DNA from: Iphione sp. A-MEVVRFRX5
Lineage: Eukaryota
DNA: 64,000 bases
Direction of reading: 5' to 3'
Assembly (NCBI GenBank): GCA_976226885.1
Contig: OZ320318.1
Location: 50,220,001-50,284,000 of the forward strand
The notes beneath the pieces are model-generated. The model had not been told where the DNA came from, ran no database searches, and saw only the letters and a program-made list of their open reading frames with translations. Below, in pieces: positions 1 through 12,765 of this stretch; the first letter of the stretch is position 1; every line of letters starts with the position of its first letter. The translations under genes and the position numbers were made by a program.

Positions 1-2464
1 GTTACCTTGTAAGCATGCCCGAAGTTACCCTGCAGGTTTTTGTAAAAGCAACCTCACCATCAGAACCTTTGCCAATGAATTACAGGCAGGTAAGAAAATC
101 AACTTAGGTGATGAATTATGTAGTTGGAGGATTCTCGTGGAAGGCTAAATTCCCATGTGCACATATGGCCGTGTAGGCTGACGTTTCTCTTAATCCTTTG
201 TTAATCCGATAACTACTGTACACATGCCCTAAAGCATGTATTTACCATATTTTCATTTTACACATGTATACATGATGATGTGTAAAAAAAACATTTCCCA
301 TTCTTCAAATATGCAGCACATGGACAAGTTACATGCATCCCGCTCCATGATTATTTGTTAACATTCATGTATATTCACGTATTCCTAAAGAAACATGGTT
401 ATAACTTGCTGACAAGTCTCACGCAGATACGGCGCACATTGACACCTAGCTGTACATCAAGTTCAATCGTCGTCTCCCATCTACATCTCAAGATGTCTTG
501 GCAAAGTGTTCAGTCTGGATTTCATAATGTGCGTAATGTATGTGGTTTCAAAGTGAGTGAACATTAAAAATTCCGTTACAGTAAAGTACACTTTATACTG
601 GCGATTAGATTAGATAGAAGAGCTGGTTCAACTTTCCTCGACTTGACGACAGATATGGACTGACAGAGTGCAAGTGTAATAGGAGGACGCAAGTTTCAGA
701 AGATAAAGCTTTATTTTTTTGAAGATCGTTGACAGTGCTTACAATTTACGAGACGATATCATGATCAAACGATACACATGTTCATTTCTTTAAAAAATTG
801 AATATTGTACATTATTTCAATACATCAGATGAACATCCACATTGTGTATTTACCCCCCCTTCCCCTTCAAGAAAATCATTGCTTCTCATGGGAAAGAGGT
901 TGTGACCAAGGTATCAATGTCAATGTACAAATGCATGGTCCGCTTTCTTTTCTACATTGCAGCCACTTAGCAACTATTTTTCCCAAGATGCAGAAAGATA
1001 TTACAAAATCTGAGCAATTATTCCCGTGGTACGAAAAATGCGGATTTATTCATTGAATGACAGCTTACACAAAATAATCGAACATCTATGTACTGCATAG
1101 AAAAACCAATCATAATAGGATAGTACCAAAATAGCTTTCTCATGGCTCTTTGTCGATTAAACATTGCGTTTGTAACTTAATCTATTAAACACAAGTCAGA
1201 TGACATGTCGCTGTAAGTCCGTTGCGCCGTGTGGGTGTGATATCTTAGCCCAAAGTAGGATAGGAAAACAACCAAAGAGCAGGGGTATTTTAATCAGCAG
1301 TACCACAGGTAATTAATCTGTTTTGTGAGTATTCCCTATCAATTTCCTAAAAAAATCTTTACTTAAATTTGCTTACTAATACGCACTTTATTGGTTCCGG
1401 AACCCACACTTCACCTAACTGCATTCCAAAAACAATAGGAACATTTACATATCCCTCGGAATTGGTTGGTTCTCGAGCCCAGGAGCAGCCTGCTGTTGTT
1501 CAGAAGTGTTACATCACATCACATTCATTTCAAATGCAAGTCCATAAAAGATCCCAAGAAACATGGGAAGTCATATGCAAAGTAAACCGCATGTCGTCCA
1601 AAACAATTCAGTCCCCCAAAATGAAGCATTTTGATAAGCACCAGGTTCACCTTCCTGAACAAACCCCGAGTGAAAGGATCCTTCAGTGACTAAATTGTGG
1701 CATCTCTACATACAGAAATATATTTGGCGACAGAATCTATCCATTAACTTATCAGGCCGCACAGCTTACTGGTACAAATGTGTAACCAATACGCTCACAT
1801 ATACGTGAAAGAACATTCCGCACCGCAGTATCTATACTTAGCAAAACATGATCCCACTAACAGAACATCAAGCAATAATTTAACGACCAAATGATCTTGT
1901 TTCCAGAAACTTGCATGCAGCTTTTAAAAAATCAAACAAGACTCTTTCATTATTCGGTTCCTATGAAAGTTTGACCGAACTCTTCAAGCATCAAATGATG
2001 CAGAGTTACTCTATGCTGGGTACAAAAGGCAGGGTCTCTCGACGGAACCGACGGCTGTTCAAGGGAAACCCGATCTCGAGGTTCTCACGTCGTCCATGGC
2101 TGCGCTGACTGTAACAATCAGCTGATTAAACAACTGTGATAAGGCGTCACGGTAATACTAACATACTTAAATTATCAAAGTCTCTTATGTTCTTAATTCA
2201 TTAACCGCTTGCTCTACAATTATCCTTAAGAAGTACGGGATATCTGGAGTGGCACGGTGTCCACTGCTGCGTGAATACTACTGCCTTCTTGCCCCCATTG
2301 CCGGCAGAACTTACAGGAATCAAACGCAACTCTTAATGCACTAAAATTAAGTATAATTATTCCCTACTGAGATACGTGGCATACAAAAATCTATGTGAAA
2401 TTAGACATTTTTTTGTGCTGACGGAGAATGCAACCGTCCGCGTCTGCTGCTGCCGCTGCCGTTT

Positions 2465-2548
2465 TCAGCCAATAATGTCGGTGGCCACGGTTACGAACTT
2501 GGACCCATCCCAGACCGACTTAAATTGTTCGGGTAAGGCTTGTTCCTT
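2465..2548 (-). CDS. CAP1: CAP last coding exon ([27 protein letters not shown])
   Basis: Acceptor ttgcag|AAG at 2548 and TGA ending at 2465. Matches the CAP C-terminal dimerisation strand (cf. PEQFKTLWNGQKLVT). Confidence 0.93.
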   Translation of the reverse strand, partial: KEQALPEQFKSVWDGSKFVTVATDIIG

Positions 2549-5500
2549 CTGCAATATCAACACACAAGGCCATTCAGAAACGGTGACGGGCGCCGATGCT
2601 TTTGTGATACTGACAAGGTTACCTCGCCGTGTTCATAAGTAACGATACTTTGAAAATGGCTCTTTGGTGTTAACTTTGAAAAATTTAGTATTGACTGAAC
2701 TGTTAAAGAATATACATGAACGTTCAAAACTCAGTAAACGAATAGTCTCCGTGACACAGAATTTCATTCGGAAACCGAATGTATTCGGATTTTTATTTGT
2801 CTCTATATCGTAAAATGCTCATCTGTATTAAGGAAATTTGCTCGGAAAATCAATGTAGCGTATGGGTTATTGGTTCTTGATAAGGAGGTGTATCCAGTGA
2901 TCATTCCCTTCACGAAGGACGACAAGAAGGAGGGGAAAAAAACCAACGTACCATATCACCACTTTCCGTTGGTGTAAGAATGTTAATCTCGGAGGACTTG
3001 GCGGTGACAATTTCGGCATTGAGTGATGCCTCGTTTAGGTACAGCTGGAAACCATCCGTTTTGTCCACAGAGATGGTGGGCACCAGGCCCGTTACCTACG
3101 ACAAGCAAACGTCACAGTGCAATTTGGGAAATGTGTCCTGACAGAACGTACTGTTAAGATGATAATCTTTTTCGAAAGCAATTGTGAAATTATGAATCTT
3201 GGCCAAACAAAAGATGTGAACGGTAGAGTTAATAGTTTGAAAAGGAAGATTGCGTCACCTACCTGAGCTTGAACACTTTGACAATTGACTGCTTCAAAGG
3301 CGGAAACAACGGAATCAAATACAACCGCGGTCTTCTTACAGCTATCTGCAGGTGAATAAAAAGAGATTCTTTCAGGAAGTCAAGCATGAACAGAACTTTA
3401 TGTTAACATAAATCCAGCTGTATCCAACTTATGGAACAATGATGCTCTACTCTTCAGGTCTTGCGCGATTGTCCATCGTTTCCTATTGTACCACAAAAAC
3501 CGTATTCGTATCATTCATATGGGCAAGGACTGATGTAAATGAATTAATTCGGTTCCTCCGTCCTCTATCATGTCGCTTCCTCTGTCTCTGTGCTCCTAGA
3601 TGCCGCCTCAATCTCCACGATTACACGTCTATGTGCATGATCTCATGCCTGGAACCCAGACGCACTTGGTACCAGCGTTATCTTCCCTCCCCTGTCTATC
3701 CTTATGATCTTATGCTCCTGTCTTTCTCCACCCAAAACAGTTGAGTTTCCTTCATTTGTCAGAGTGATCTAGTAGGAGTTATACGACAACGGTGAAGAAC
3801 CGGCTCTACTCAACAAATCAGAATGCTGCTTTTCTTCTGAGATCAAATGTTAATAATAACTCTCTTAATAAATTAAGATTTAAACAAACTTATTGATACA
3901 GTGTATATGGATTTCCTGTCTTTTAGGCAATAATTAATACGGAATTCAAAATAAAGCAGTCGAAGATTCATGTAGTAATCCGTACGCACCTAGGACAATA
4001 GAATTGACTTTGCCCTTGACCTGCAGGGTGCTATTTACGCAACGGAAGACGTAAACCTGCTGTTTCATGTTGACGTCATCAATGACCATGTTCTTGTTGC
4101 CTTCCTGATATTCCTACAAGAGCAAAAGAGATCTCACTGAGATTTCTTTTACATGAGCAAGGTGTAAGGCCGATTGCAAGAAAAATGTTGAAAATGTAAT
4201 CGCCATGACAGTGAAGGGAACAACTATTAACAATACATATTATCTTTAAAGAGAACTTCTTTTCCCTTGGAAACAGTTATAAATACGGGGTATGTAACAA
4301 AGTGTAAATAATGTAGTGGTTGACGGCACAGTTGAGTTGATGTATGACTGCAACAGAAAAGCTATATCATGACAGCAAATACATATAGGTATCTGAATGA
4401 CAGACCTCCTGCTGGAGCAATATATCATGTCACAAATCTGTTGAAAGTTTGGGCTGTGAGATTCACCTTACATGGCACTGAATGTTCCCGAATTCTCTTG
4501 CACAGCGATCTCTCAACACGTGCTGNNNNNNNNNNNNNNNNNNNNNNNNNNNNNNNNNNNNNNNNNNNNNNNNNNNNNNNNNNNNNNNNNNNNNNNNNNN
4601 NNNNNNNNNNNNNNNNNNNNNNNNNNNNNNNNNNNNNNNNNNNNNNNNNNNNNNNNNNNNNNNNNNNNNNNNNNNNNNNNNNNNNNNNNNNNNNNNNNNN
4701 NNNNNNNNNNNNNNNNNNNNNNNNNNNNNNNNNNNNNNNNNNNNNNNNNNNNCATTCTGAGCAGCATTTGCTGTCTCGATACCTACCACAATCCATTTTT
4801 TGCCCTCCAGCTCGAGCTTGGGTGGCTTTTTGACAACAGCCTTGGCCGCAGCAACTGGCTTGGGACTGCTAGCCGATGCTGGCTTGTACGGTATAGGTGA
4901 CGCGAGGCGCAAAGCCTTGTTCTTGTGCGTCTTCTCCTCGTCCTTCACCTTGCGCAAACCTATAGCCAGAAATTGCATGTTCACGTCCTTTCTAGATAGC
5001 CCAACACCCTCATAAAAAGGCTAAGAACTCTTGGTTATTTCAAAGAACCAATGTGTCGTGTATTAAATGTACAAAACCTCATACAGAAACCACCTGTATG
5101 CTCAGTGACTTGCTGTTTGCTTAAATGCATCGAATAAATGCATCGACTTCCGTTGGAATCGATGCATAGTTAAGTTACAACTGAAACTAAAATGTCCCTA
5201 CGTAGAGTGGTTCAACTAGCTTTTATGACATTTTTAACTGTCAGCAATACAGCGGCGTTACAACACAATGTCGTCCAGCAATAGTACATGAATCTCCAAA
5301 ATCATGTGTCAGTAATCGCATTTCTTGTTAGCTGACTTGAGGAGTGCTGCGCCGAAGAGCTCAGTAATAAGAGTACAAACTACAGCATTTTGCCAAGGAA
5401 GGCGACACAGAGCGCCACCAAGTGGTTGACGGTGCACGTCGACCAAGCTCGTATGAGGCAGCAAAAGTGCGATACCATTTCCTCTGCTTTTGATGGATTG

Positions 5501-7919
5501 GGGACAAGAATGATATATATGTGAAGCGTATTGTTCAATTACATGATTTTCTTACAGTCATTGATATGTAAACTTGATCCTGTAGTCCACACGTGCAATT
5601 TCACGCGAACGATCTCACTACTGAATGCAATTTGTTTTGATTGGTGCAAATCACAAAATCAGTTATATACATTGATGAGGAATGTCTATATTTTCATCTG
5701 CTAGTTGGAGATGTATGTTCATCGGGAAAAAAATCACTTCTGATGTACATCATATTAGAGAATTCGACGTATTCTATTACAAACGTCAGATTCCACATGG
5801 TGGCACTGCAGTAGCACTCTCCTAAGCTCTAGGTGACGCTCTTATTGCATACTGATGTAATTTCTAGCTCTTTGGCCACACTGTATTCAGTCTGAATGCA
5901 AAAATTTTGTAGCTGAAAGCATCGTTTTGCTTTTGGCAGCACTTTAGTCAGTTTGAATGCAGTAGACTGCTTATCCAAAACTTATTCTGGTTATACATGA
6001 GTAACACCGATAAGGAAGCACATGTATTAAATTGATTTCAGTTTGGTTAATTAAGAGGGAAAATACGCCTAACTACAGCAACATCTCCATGAATGAATAA
6101 CCCCTGGAATGAACAGACAATGTATGTTATTTATATCGAATATAGTAACCTTGTATGCAACTAGCTGCAGTATTTTTTTTTATAATATGAATGGAAAATA
6201 AGAGAAGAAGATTTTACGTTCTATCATTTAGGCTTTTCGTTACTTTGTTGTATGGAAACTACAGCAAAAACCAACACAAACTTGAAACTAAGTAGGAATT
6301 TTGTGGTTAACCTAAACCAAAACGCAAGACAGCAGTGGGTTAAAGATGGCCTTAAATTCCGACGTTTCGGCTTGTTGACGGTCTTCCTCAGGGGCCAACT
6401 AGAAACTGTTTATGCATTTACTGTCCAAAGCCAATATGAAACAAAAGTAGACCCCTTTTATGAAAGTATGCCAAGGGTTTTCGCATGAAGGAGACACCTA
6501 AACTTTCCGGTTATGGCGGACGTTACGTTACCCGTACAAAAATGATGCAAAATCACGTGTTGACCCAATAGCCTCGTCCCACTATCGTGTATCGTCCATA
6601 ACCAAGTCAACCTACCGTTACGGCCATATCTTCAAACTGAATGTGAGGGACTTGTAATGACTTGTAAGCACCTGTAATACTTCGCTCGGGAACACGTTTA
6701 TTTCTCCATCTTCTCCCACCACCGACAACTCCAATGGAAAAATAAGGCACGTAACACGAACACTTTCACTTACAAACTGTGCAAAGTTTTTTTCCCCCAC
6801 AATTGCTTAATTAATATGCAGAGCTAGGAATCTTCCACCAAAGCATTGTGGCACTTGCAAAATTGTCCTAAAACGCCAGTCTAGCCTTAGGTTTTTTTTA
6901 CTGTGCCAGAGGAAAGGCCCAAGCTCCGCTAGCAGACAGCACCGGATTAGAATGTTTGTTATGGGTACGTGGTTCACATAACTGCGTCCTGACAGAAGAA
7001 AGCTTGAGAGCTAATAGCAGTGAATAGAACCACAGCATCGTGCGCGTTTTTTTTTCGCCCAAAGCCATTATGATGTCCTGCTCCGTGGACGGGGAGAGGG
7101 GGTACTGCCTGACAGTTAGTCACACAAACCTGGGTTCTTATGGGTTTTTTCACTGTCAGGTACCCTTCTTAAGCCTGGAAAACAAAATTCATTATTGATC
7201 CTATTGGGCGAGAGAAATCTGACCTGCAGACATAATCATGTATGATACAGTGAGATAGAAAGCAGTTCAATGACGTTCTCGACTACTGGTCTGCAGCCGC
7301 CGAGTGCGGCGCCATGGGTTAATGCGTTAGTCAGCAGGGAGACATCACTGTTAGTATCATCCGATGCAAAATCCTCACGAAACAGCTAAATTACCTTGTC
7401 ATTGAAAAAAAACTTCAACTTCCTCACTAAGTGGTCAGGATTATTGCTACATTGTCACTCTAATGAACTCTGCTGGGGATGATAAATGCTTCAGTACAGC
7501 AGAGAACATTTTCATACTGGAGGGGTGTCAAGAATCTAACTCCCCCCACACTCACCCAAACCCAACCCAGCTACATGGGGCTTGTTCCGAAAGGCCTTTG
7601 TGTAATTGAAGATCTTGTAACGTTGTTGCCAGCCACCTTGGTAACCTTTCCGACAAACGACAGGAAAGCTGCGCCCCCCCCCAACTCAAAAAAAAATTAA
7701 AGTGCCTGCAGCTCACTTACTCTTGGTAATGTCGGTGCCCTGGTTGAGCTCCGCGAAGAGAGCGTTTCTTGCACTATCCTCGTCAGCTCCCTCGGCAGCG
7801 GCCGGCATCGGCATCGGTGGGGGCGGCGGGGGCGGCGCTGGCGCTGCGGCCGGCGGCGGCGGCGGCGCTGGCGCCCCGGGCTGAGCGGCTCCTGAAGTCA
7901 ACGTAGAGACGTCCACACC
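2465..7919 (-). CDS. CAP1: Adenylyl cyclase-associated protein (CAP1/CAP2/Srv2 family), 3' half; join of 6 exons (7919-7721, 4959-4787, 4113-3990, 3345-3263, 3095-2952, 2548-2465), 5' partial
   Basis: The six exons splice in frame with GT-AG boundaries (807 nt = 268 aa + TGA). They give polyPro linker, WH2-like [84 protein letters not shown] and C-terminal [16 protein letters not shown], all hallmark CAP/CARP motifs. Confidence 0.95.
2952..3095 (-). CDS. CAP1: CAP exon, 144 nt ([48 protein letters not shown])
   Basis: tcgtag| acceptor, ATG|gtacgt donor, phase 0-0, CARP motifs. Confidence 0.95.
3263..3345 (-). CDS. CAP1: CAP exon, 83 nt ([28 protein letters not shown])
   Basis: cctgcag| acceptor, CAG|gtaggt donor, phase 1-0. 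Confidence 0.95.
3990..4113 (-). CDS. CAP1: CAP exon, 124 nt ([41 protein letters not shown])
   Basis: cttgtag| acceptor, CTAG|gtgcgt donor, phase 0-1. Not in the ORF track. Confidence 0.95.
4526..4752. other. Assembly gap (N-run) inside a CAP intron
   Basis: Run of 227 N. Confidence 0.99.
4787..4959 (-). CDS. CAP1: CAP exon, 173 nt ([18 protein letters not shown]...[14 protein letters not shown])
   Basis: ctatag| acceptor, GTG|gtaggt donor, phase 1-0. WH2 C-terminal half plus start of CARP. Confidence 0.95.
7721..7919 (-). CDS. CAP1: CAP exon, 199 nt ([10 protein letters not shown]...polyPro...[18 protein letters not shown])
   Basis: cttacag| acceptor, AAGA|gtaagt donor, phase 0-1. Two polyproline runs followed by the WH2 helix. 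Confidence 0.95.
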
Positions 7920-10900
7920 CTGTAAGAAGCAAAGAAATGAGAGGATCATTACAAATGTGTGTGCGAGCGAAGTCATCACAAACTGAGAGCGTTTGGTGGC
8001 GATCCGTAGTATGAATGATAATAAAACGAGTACTTGTGTACTCGAGTACTCCCCCCCCCCCCGCTAAACACTGTGACATTTCAACTCTGTAGCCGGCATC
8101 ACCCCTCCTTGTAGCCTCCTTATAATGATTCTCCTGTATCAGGAAGCGTATTAATTGTTAGCAAGCAATTGACATTATGTATGAATAAAGCTTCACTGGG
8201 CCCTCCTTGATCCATTTACAGAGGGGAATGGTAGACGTTTTTAACATTTTTCTCCCACCTGACTGGCCATGAGTTCCGATTTGTTTTGCATCCCCCACAC
8301 ACATAAAGACACAAACGAATATCGTCACCTGGACCTACTTGCGGACAAATCTGGAAACAGAAGCTTAACTCTACATTCAAATGTAACCGACGAAGTCTGC
8401 AGATATATGTCCCATAAACAGAGGTTTCTGATGTTGCCAGGCGGTCAGCATCTCTAAAGGTACAAGAGAGTTCCGAGGATTTCATCATGTTTATAGTATT
8501 CCCCAAAAGTATCTCTTCTTGGAATTAGGCGTTAGATACATATTACCCCCCAGACATTAAATCCTCCCATGCCAGTGGCATGATGCCGAAAGGTACGCTG
8601 AGTACTTTGTCTCAGACTGAAAAAAACTACTGTTTTTCTACACTGAAGAAACAGCACGGACAGAGTTTCCTCTCCGACCACTGCAAATAAAAGACTTGAG
8701 TATGAAAACCCAATATACCACCAATAGGACACCACTTAAATAGACTGGCGAATGAGGTGGTAATAACGACACACAAACCAAAGAAGATTCAAACTGGCTA
8801 AAACCACAACTGGATAATCCAAATCACAAACTGTTTGACAAATTCTCCATTCTAAATATCTACCATGTACAATACGGTTCAAATACTCATTTTCTGAAAC
8901 CAAACAGCGTGTATGTGTGTGCGTACGCACACGTGCATGTGTGTATGTGTCTGTGCGTAAATATACATTCATGAACATGTATACACTGCACATGTTTATG
9001 CGCTCTAGTGTTTTGCTATTTTAATAATAAACCGTAATACATCAATCATTACTTTTGCTCCGTACCTTTAGATACAGCTTGATTTCCTATTGAAATTTTT
9101 CTGTAATGTCCCAATTTCTATAATGTATACCAAAGAGGTCTCTAAGGAGAGAACTTCTCTGAAACCCACAAGAGTGCTACAAAACGGTTATATAAATACA
9201 TATATACCGAAATCACCCTTCATTTTCAACGTGGGAGAGGGTTCTACGCAATTGATTTTTTTTAATGAAGTCGTTATCTCTTTATCCAATAATTGGCCAT
9301 GAGTTCCGATTTTTGTTTGCATAAATAATAGTAGAATTGGGTGGGAAAAAATAAGATATTCGCAGATTTGTCACGCTTTGCACGGCGCTGATGTAGTATG
9401 GTTTCTGTCTTTGGCCAATATCACATTCATGAACCAGAGGCCATCCAAGGTGGTAACCTTCACGCTTGGAGTGAATGGCTGAGAGGGTTGGACCTAAGAC
9501 AGCCTTGGGGGTCTGGCTGTGTCGTTATGAGGGGCGTAAATCAATTACAGGCACCAGTGCTCTACGTCCCGGGAGCGTCAGGCTTCTACCATGTATTCAT
9601 TTGTTTGCTTTTCAGTAGGGATTTACCTTTGTGCTCGCCGTGTACAAGGTCGCTGTGGTCTACGCCTGGCACTCTCGTTTCGGTGTTCTTGCCCTAGTTT
9701 TACCTGACCTCTAGATTGCTTTCTAAGATTCATCTCTCTGGCTCTCCCTCCCTCTTCCCCTCTCTCTCTCACCACTCCTGCGCCTCACCGTCTTACCAAT
9801 CCGAGCCCTTCTTCGCCTGCTTACTCTACTAGCCCCGGACCTTCATCTCACACGTCAGTCGCGTCGTTACTGACTGGCGATCGATTCGTCTGCCCATCTT
9901 CAACAAAGCTACGCCCCCAATTTAGTCCGATTTGCATAACTCCACCACGGAGCCTGTCACTTAGTTAAGCCCCGCCCAGATGTCAGGCGACTGAGGATGC
10001 CCACGTGGCAATGGCTTACAGGTGGTGTGGTTCGTAACTGGTAAAGACGGCCGCTTTGGGGGAGGGGGGTGGGGTAGGTGGGAGAAGCCTGGAGCGAGCA
10101 ACTCCCTGCCTCTGGTGCCACAGCTCAGTGAGGGGGCCAGTCCAGCCACCGATGAGATCTAAGACACCTGATGGGTGTTTGCAGACCTCCTTCGTGCTAC
10201 AGGTAGCTAGTGGCCACCCGGATGTTAAAAAATACTCAAGACTTGGGCTCTATCATTTTCGTCTGCGTATAATGCTAAGCATTGCACGAGGGTTCGGCAT
10301 ATGAAGGTCAAAGCAAAAGCAGACTATCAAATGCGCTCCGGGTGGCACTGGGAACGATCGTATGACTCAATACGTCACAAACACTGGCCCAGGTCCAACA
10401 ATTCTGAAATTAGTGTGAATAAATATTTAAAAAAAAAATTATACAAGGCACTTACTGTGTCTGAGTTGCACTTTTGTTTATCAGCCATCACATCCAATTT
10501 TGTTTGATTCACATCATGAACACTAGTACAGCGAAAACGAGGAAAAACCCAACCTTCAGTGCGACCATGAGTAAGAGAAAAGAGAGACAGAAAGAGAGAG
10601 AGACTACAGTAAAGAACTTACGAGCAAAGCTACACGAGCCGGGTTGTGAATTTATGCTTAGCCCAGAGGGAATTTTATTATCCCAGAAGAATTTCCAGGT
10701 TTCTCGTCCAACAATCAAAACGTCATCCCAAACACCGCCCCCCCCCCCCTTTGGGCCGCATTCCGTCTAACATCTTCGGGCAATTACCTTCAGCTAGCTG
10801 ACCAACGGTCAGTAGCAGCTTCCCGCCCCCTCCTCCCAGGGGCTCCTCCATGGTTGATCCTGGATCCCAAGTGGCCCGCTGTCTTGCCCGGTGGTTGTGT

Positions 10901-12208
10901 GACTTGGCACGGGGTCTGCCTCCAGGAGGAGCCACGCGCCTGCGGCGCATCCTTGCTGCCCCCTGGCGGAGCCCAGTGTCTGGCCGTGCTGTGAGGGCAG
11001 CTCACGTGGCGGCCGTTACATGCAAGTCAGGGGCCGCCCTCGCTCTATTACATGGCGCCACAGTGTCGAGTAATTAACCGATGGGAGCACTGTCTACTAT
11101 GACGTCCGAGTCCAAGTGATCCGTTTTCCTCTTTAAACCTCTTCCAAATGTCACTTACAAGTTTTCAATTATTTCCTAAAATGAGACGACGCCTCTTGTT
11201 GAATAGCACTTTGGTCTCCTTTAATTATAAAGTCACACTGGGACAAAAAGGGAAACTAGGAGTATATAACCCTTTTTCTGTGGGATAATTCCCTAAAAAA
11301 CGCATGAAAGAATACTTGGTCTGAAGTTATCAAGGTTAATGCCTGCGCACCTTTACTGGGTCTTCAGTGAGAGGCGTTTCACGGTCAACAACGTTCCCCA
11401 AGACGCCGCGAGGCTACCGTAATTAAAGCAGAGATGAAAGGAATGCAACGCTCTATATGCTTGGGATTCGAGTTATTTACATATGTGTTAAACGAAGGTA
11501 CACTGTAAATGTGCAATATATACAGAAACGAGGTGAGGGGGAAAAAAAGTTCCGAGAAGTGAGGGTCCTCTAATGTAACAATGCGGATTCTAGTGTTCCA
11601 AGAGGCTCTAAATATAGCCAGGCCTATTTGATTAGTGCCCAGATATAACGGCTGTGTGCAGAGGCCAGAACCGGGTAAAGCTAGTTTTCTCGGTAGCATC
11701 ATATCACCATATTTCACGCTGATGGAGGTGTAAGACAGTCTGGAGGTGAGAAACTCCCTCAGTGCCCCGGCGCCGGGAGTGCTGCATACCTTGGCTAGTT
11801 ACAGGTAAACTGGCAGCAAGGTGGTTCGGACGCATTAGTTAAGAACTAGTGACTAGCTAACGCAAGGCAGGATGAGATAGCGCAACAAATAAACGAGGTC
11901 TTCCATTACCCAGTTATTACAGTGATATCATAAACTTTCATACTATGTCCCATTCAATACTGGCACGTACGACACCACAGAATGCCCGGTGGAGGAAGGT
12001 GAATGTCACAACTCTAATGAGGTTCAAAACGTCCGTTTTTCCTGATAACTCTTAGTTGCAATGTACAATGTATTATCAACCTTTAGGTTGTTTTTCCATG
12101 TGTGCGTATTGACGTAACCAGAGGTGTATGCTGTTTTTTTGTTACGCACGGAATTCCGGGACACTAATAACCTCTAGGTGTTCACCAAATGTCCGAACTC
12201 ATAGGTTA

Positions 12209-12765
12209 GGCCTGGTTTCCTTACATGTGGCGAGGTGTGGCAGAGGTCTGCATGCGTTTCCAGTGCATTAGTGTGCGTTGTCTCTTACCGCACAGCAACG
12301 CACAGGGGTATCCTTGTTCACAGTGCGTTTGTGTGTGTGAAATGATGGGAAAAATAATGAAAAAGGACAAAAATGATCCTAAATGCTCCGAAAAACGGCA
12401 TAAATGACGGGGAAAATGAGGGAAAAGGATGAAAATGATCCTAAATGCTCTGAAAAACAGCAAAAATGACGGGAAAAAGTGCGGAAAAGGACACAAATGT
12501 GCGGAAATGATCATAAATGACTATAAAGTGAGTAAAAGTGAGTAAAAATGAGTAAATATGAAGAAATACCAGTGCATTACTGTGCGTCGCCGTGCGTTTG
12601 CGGCAAATTTACGGTCCCTTCCCGAAAACGGGCACCGCATGTCACCACACACGCATGTCACTGCAGGTATGGAAACCAACTCACTGTTTGCCTATAGATC
12701 AATAATGACATAATTCACTGCACCCCAACGCACCTGGACGGCACCGCAGGTAAGGAAACCGGGCC
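12209..12765. mobile_element. Non-autonomous PIF/Harbinger-type MITE (~557 bp)
   Basis: 16-bp TIRs GGCCTGGTTTCCTTAC (12209-12224) and GTAAGGAAACCGGGCC (12750-12765) with 1 mismatch, flanked by a TTA duplication (12206-12208, 12766-12768). Internal A-rich degenerate repeats and no ORF. Confidence 0.8.

Noticed and set aside
4463-4984. 173-aa ORF and other X-containing ORFs across N gaps
   Set aside because: They run through introns and Ns. Only 4787-4959 is real coding sequence.
7783-8079. Ala/Arg-rich 98-aa ORF overlapping the CAP Pro exon
   Set aside because: Alternative-frame shadow of the GC-rich polyproline codons.
8532-8735. RHHATGM resembling the CAP HTTGL motif
   Set aside because: No DW..AW..LQ.YIK context, no W after the Gly at the expected spacing, and no suitable 106-nt phase 2-0 exon.
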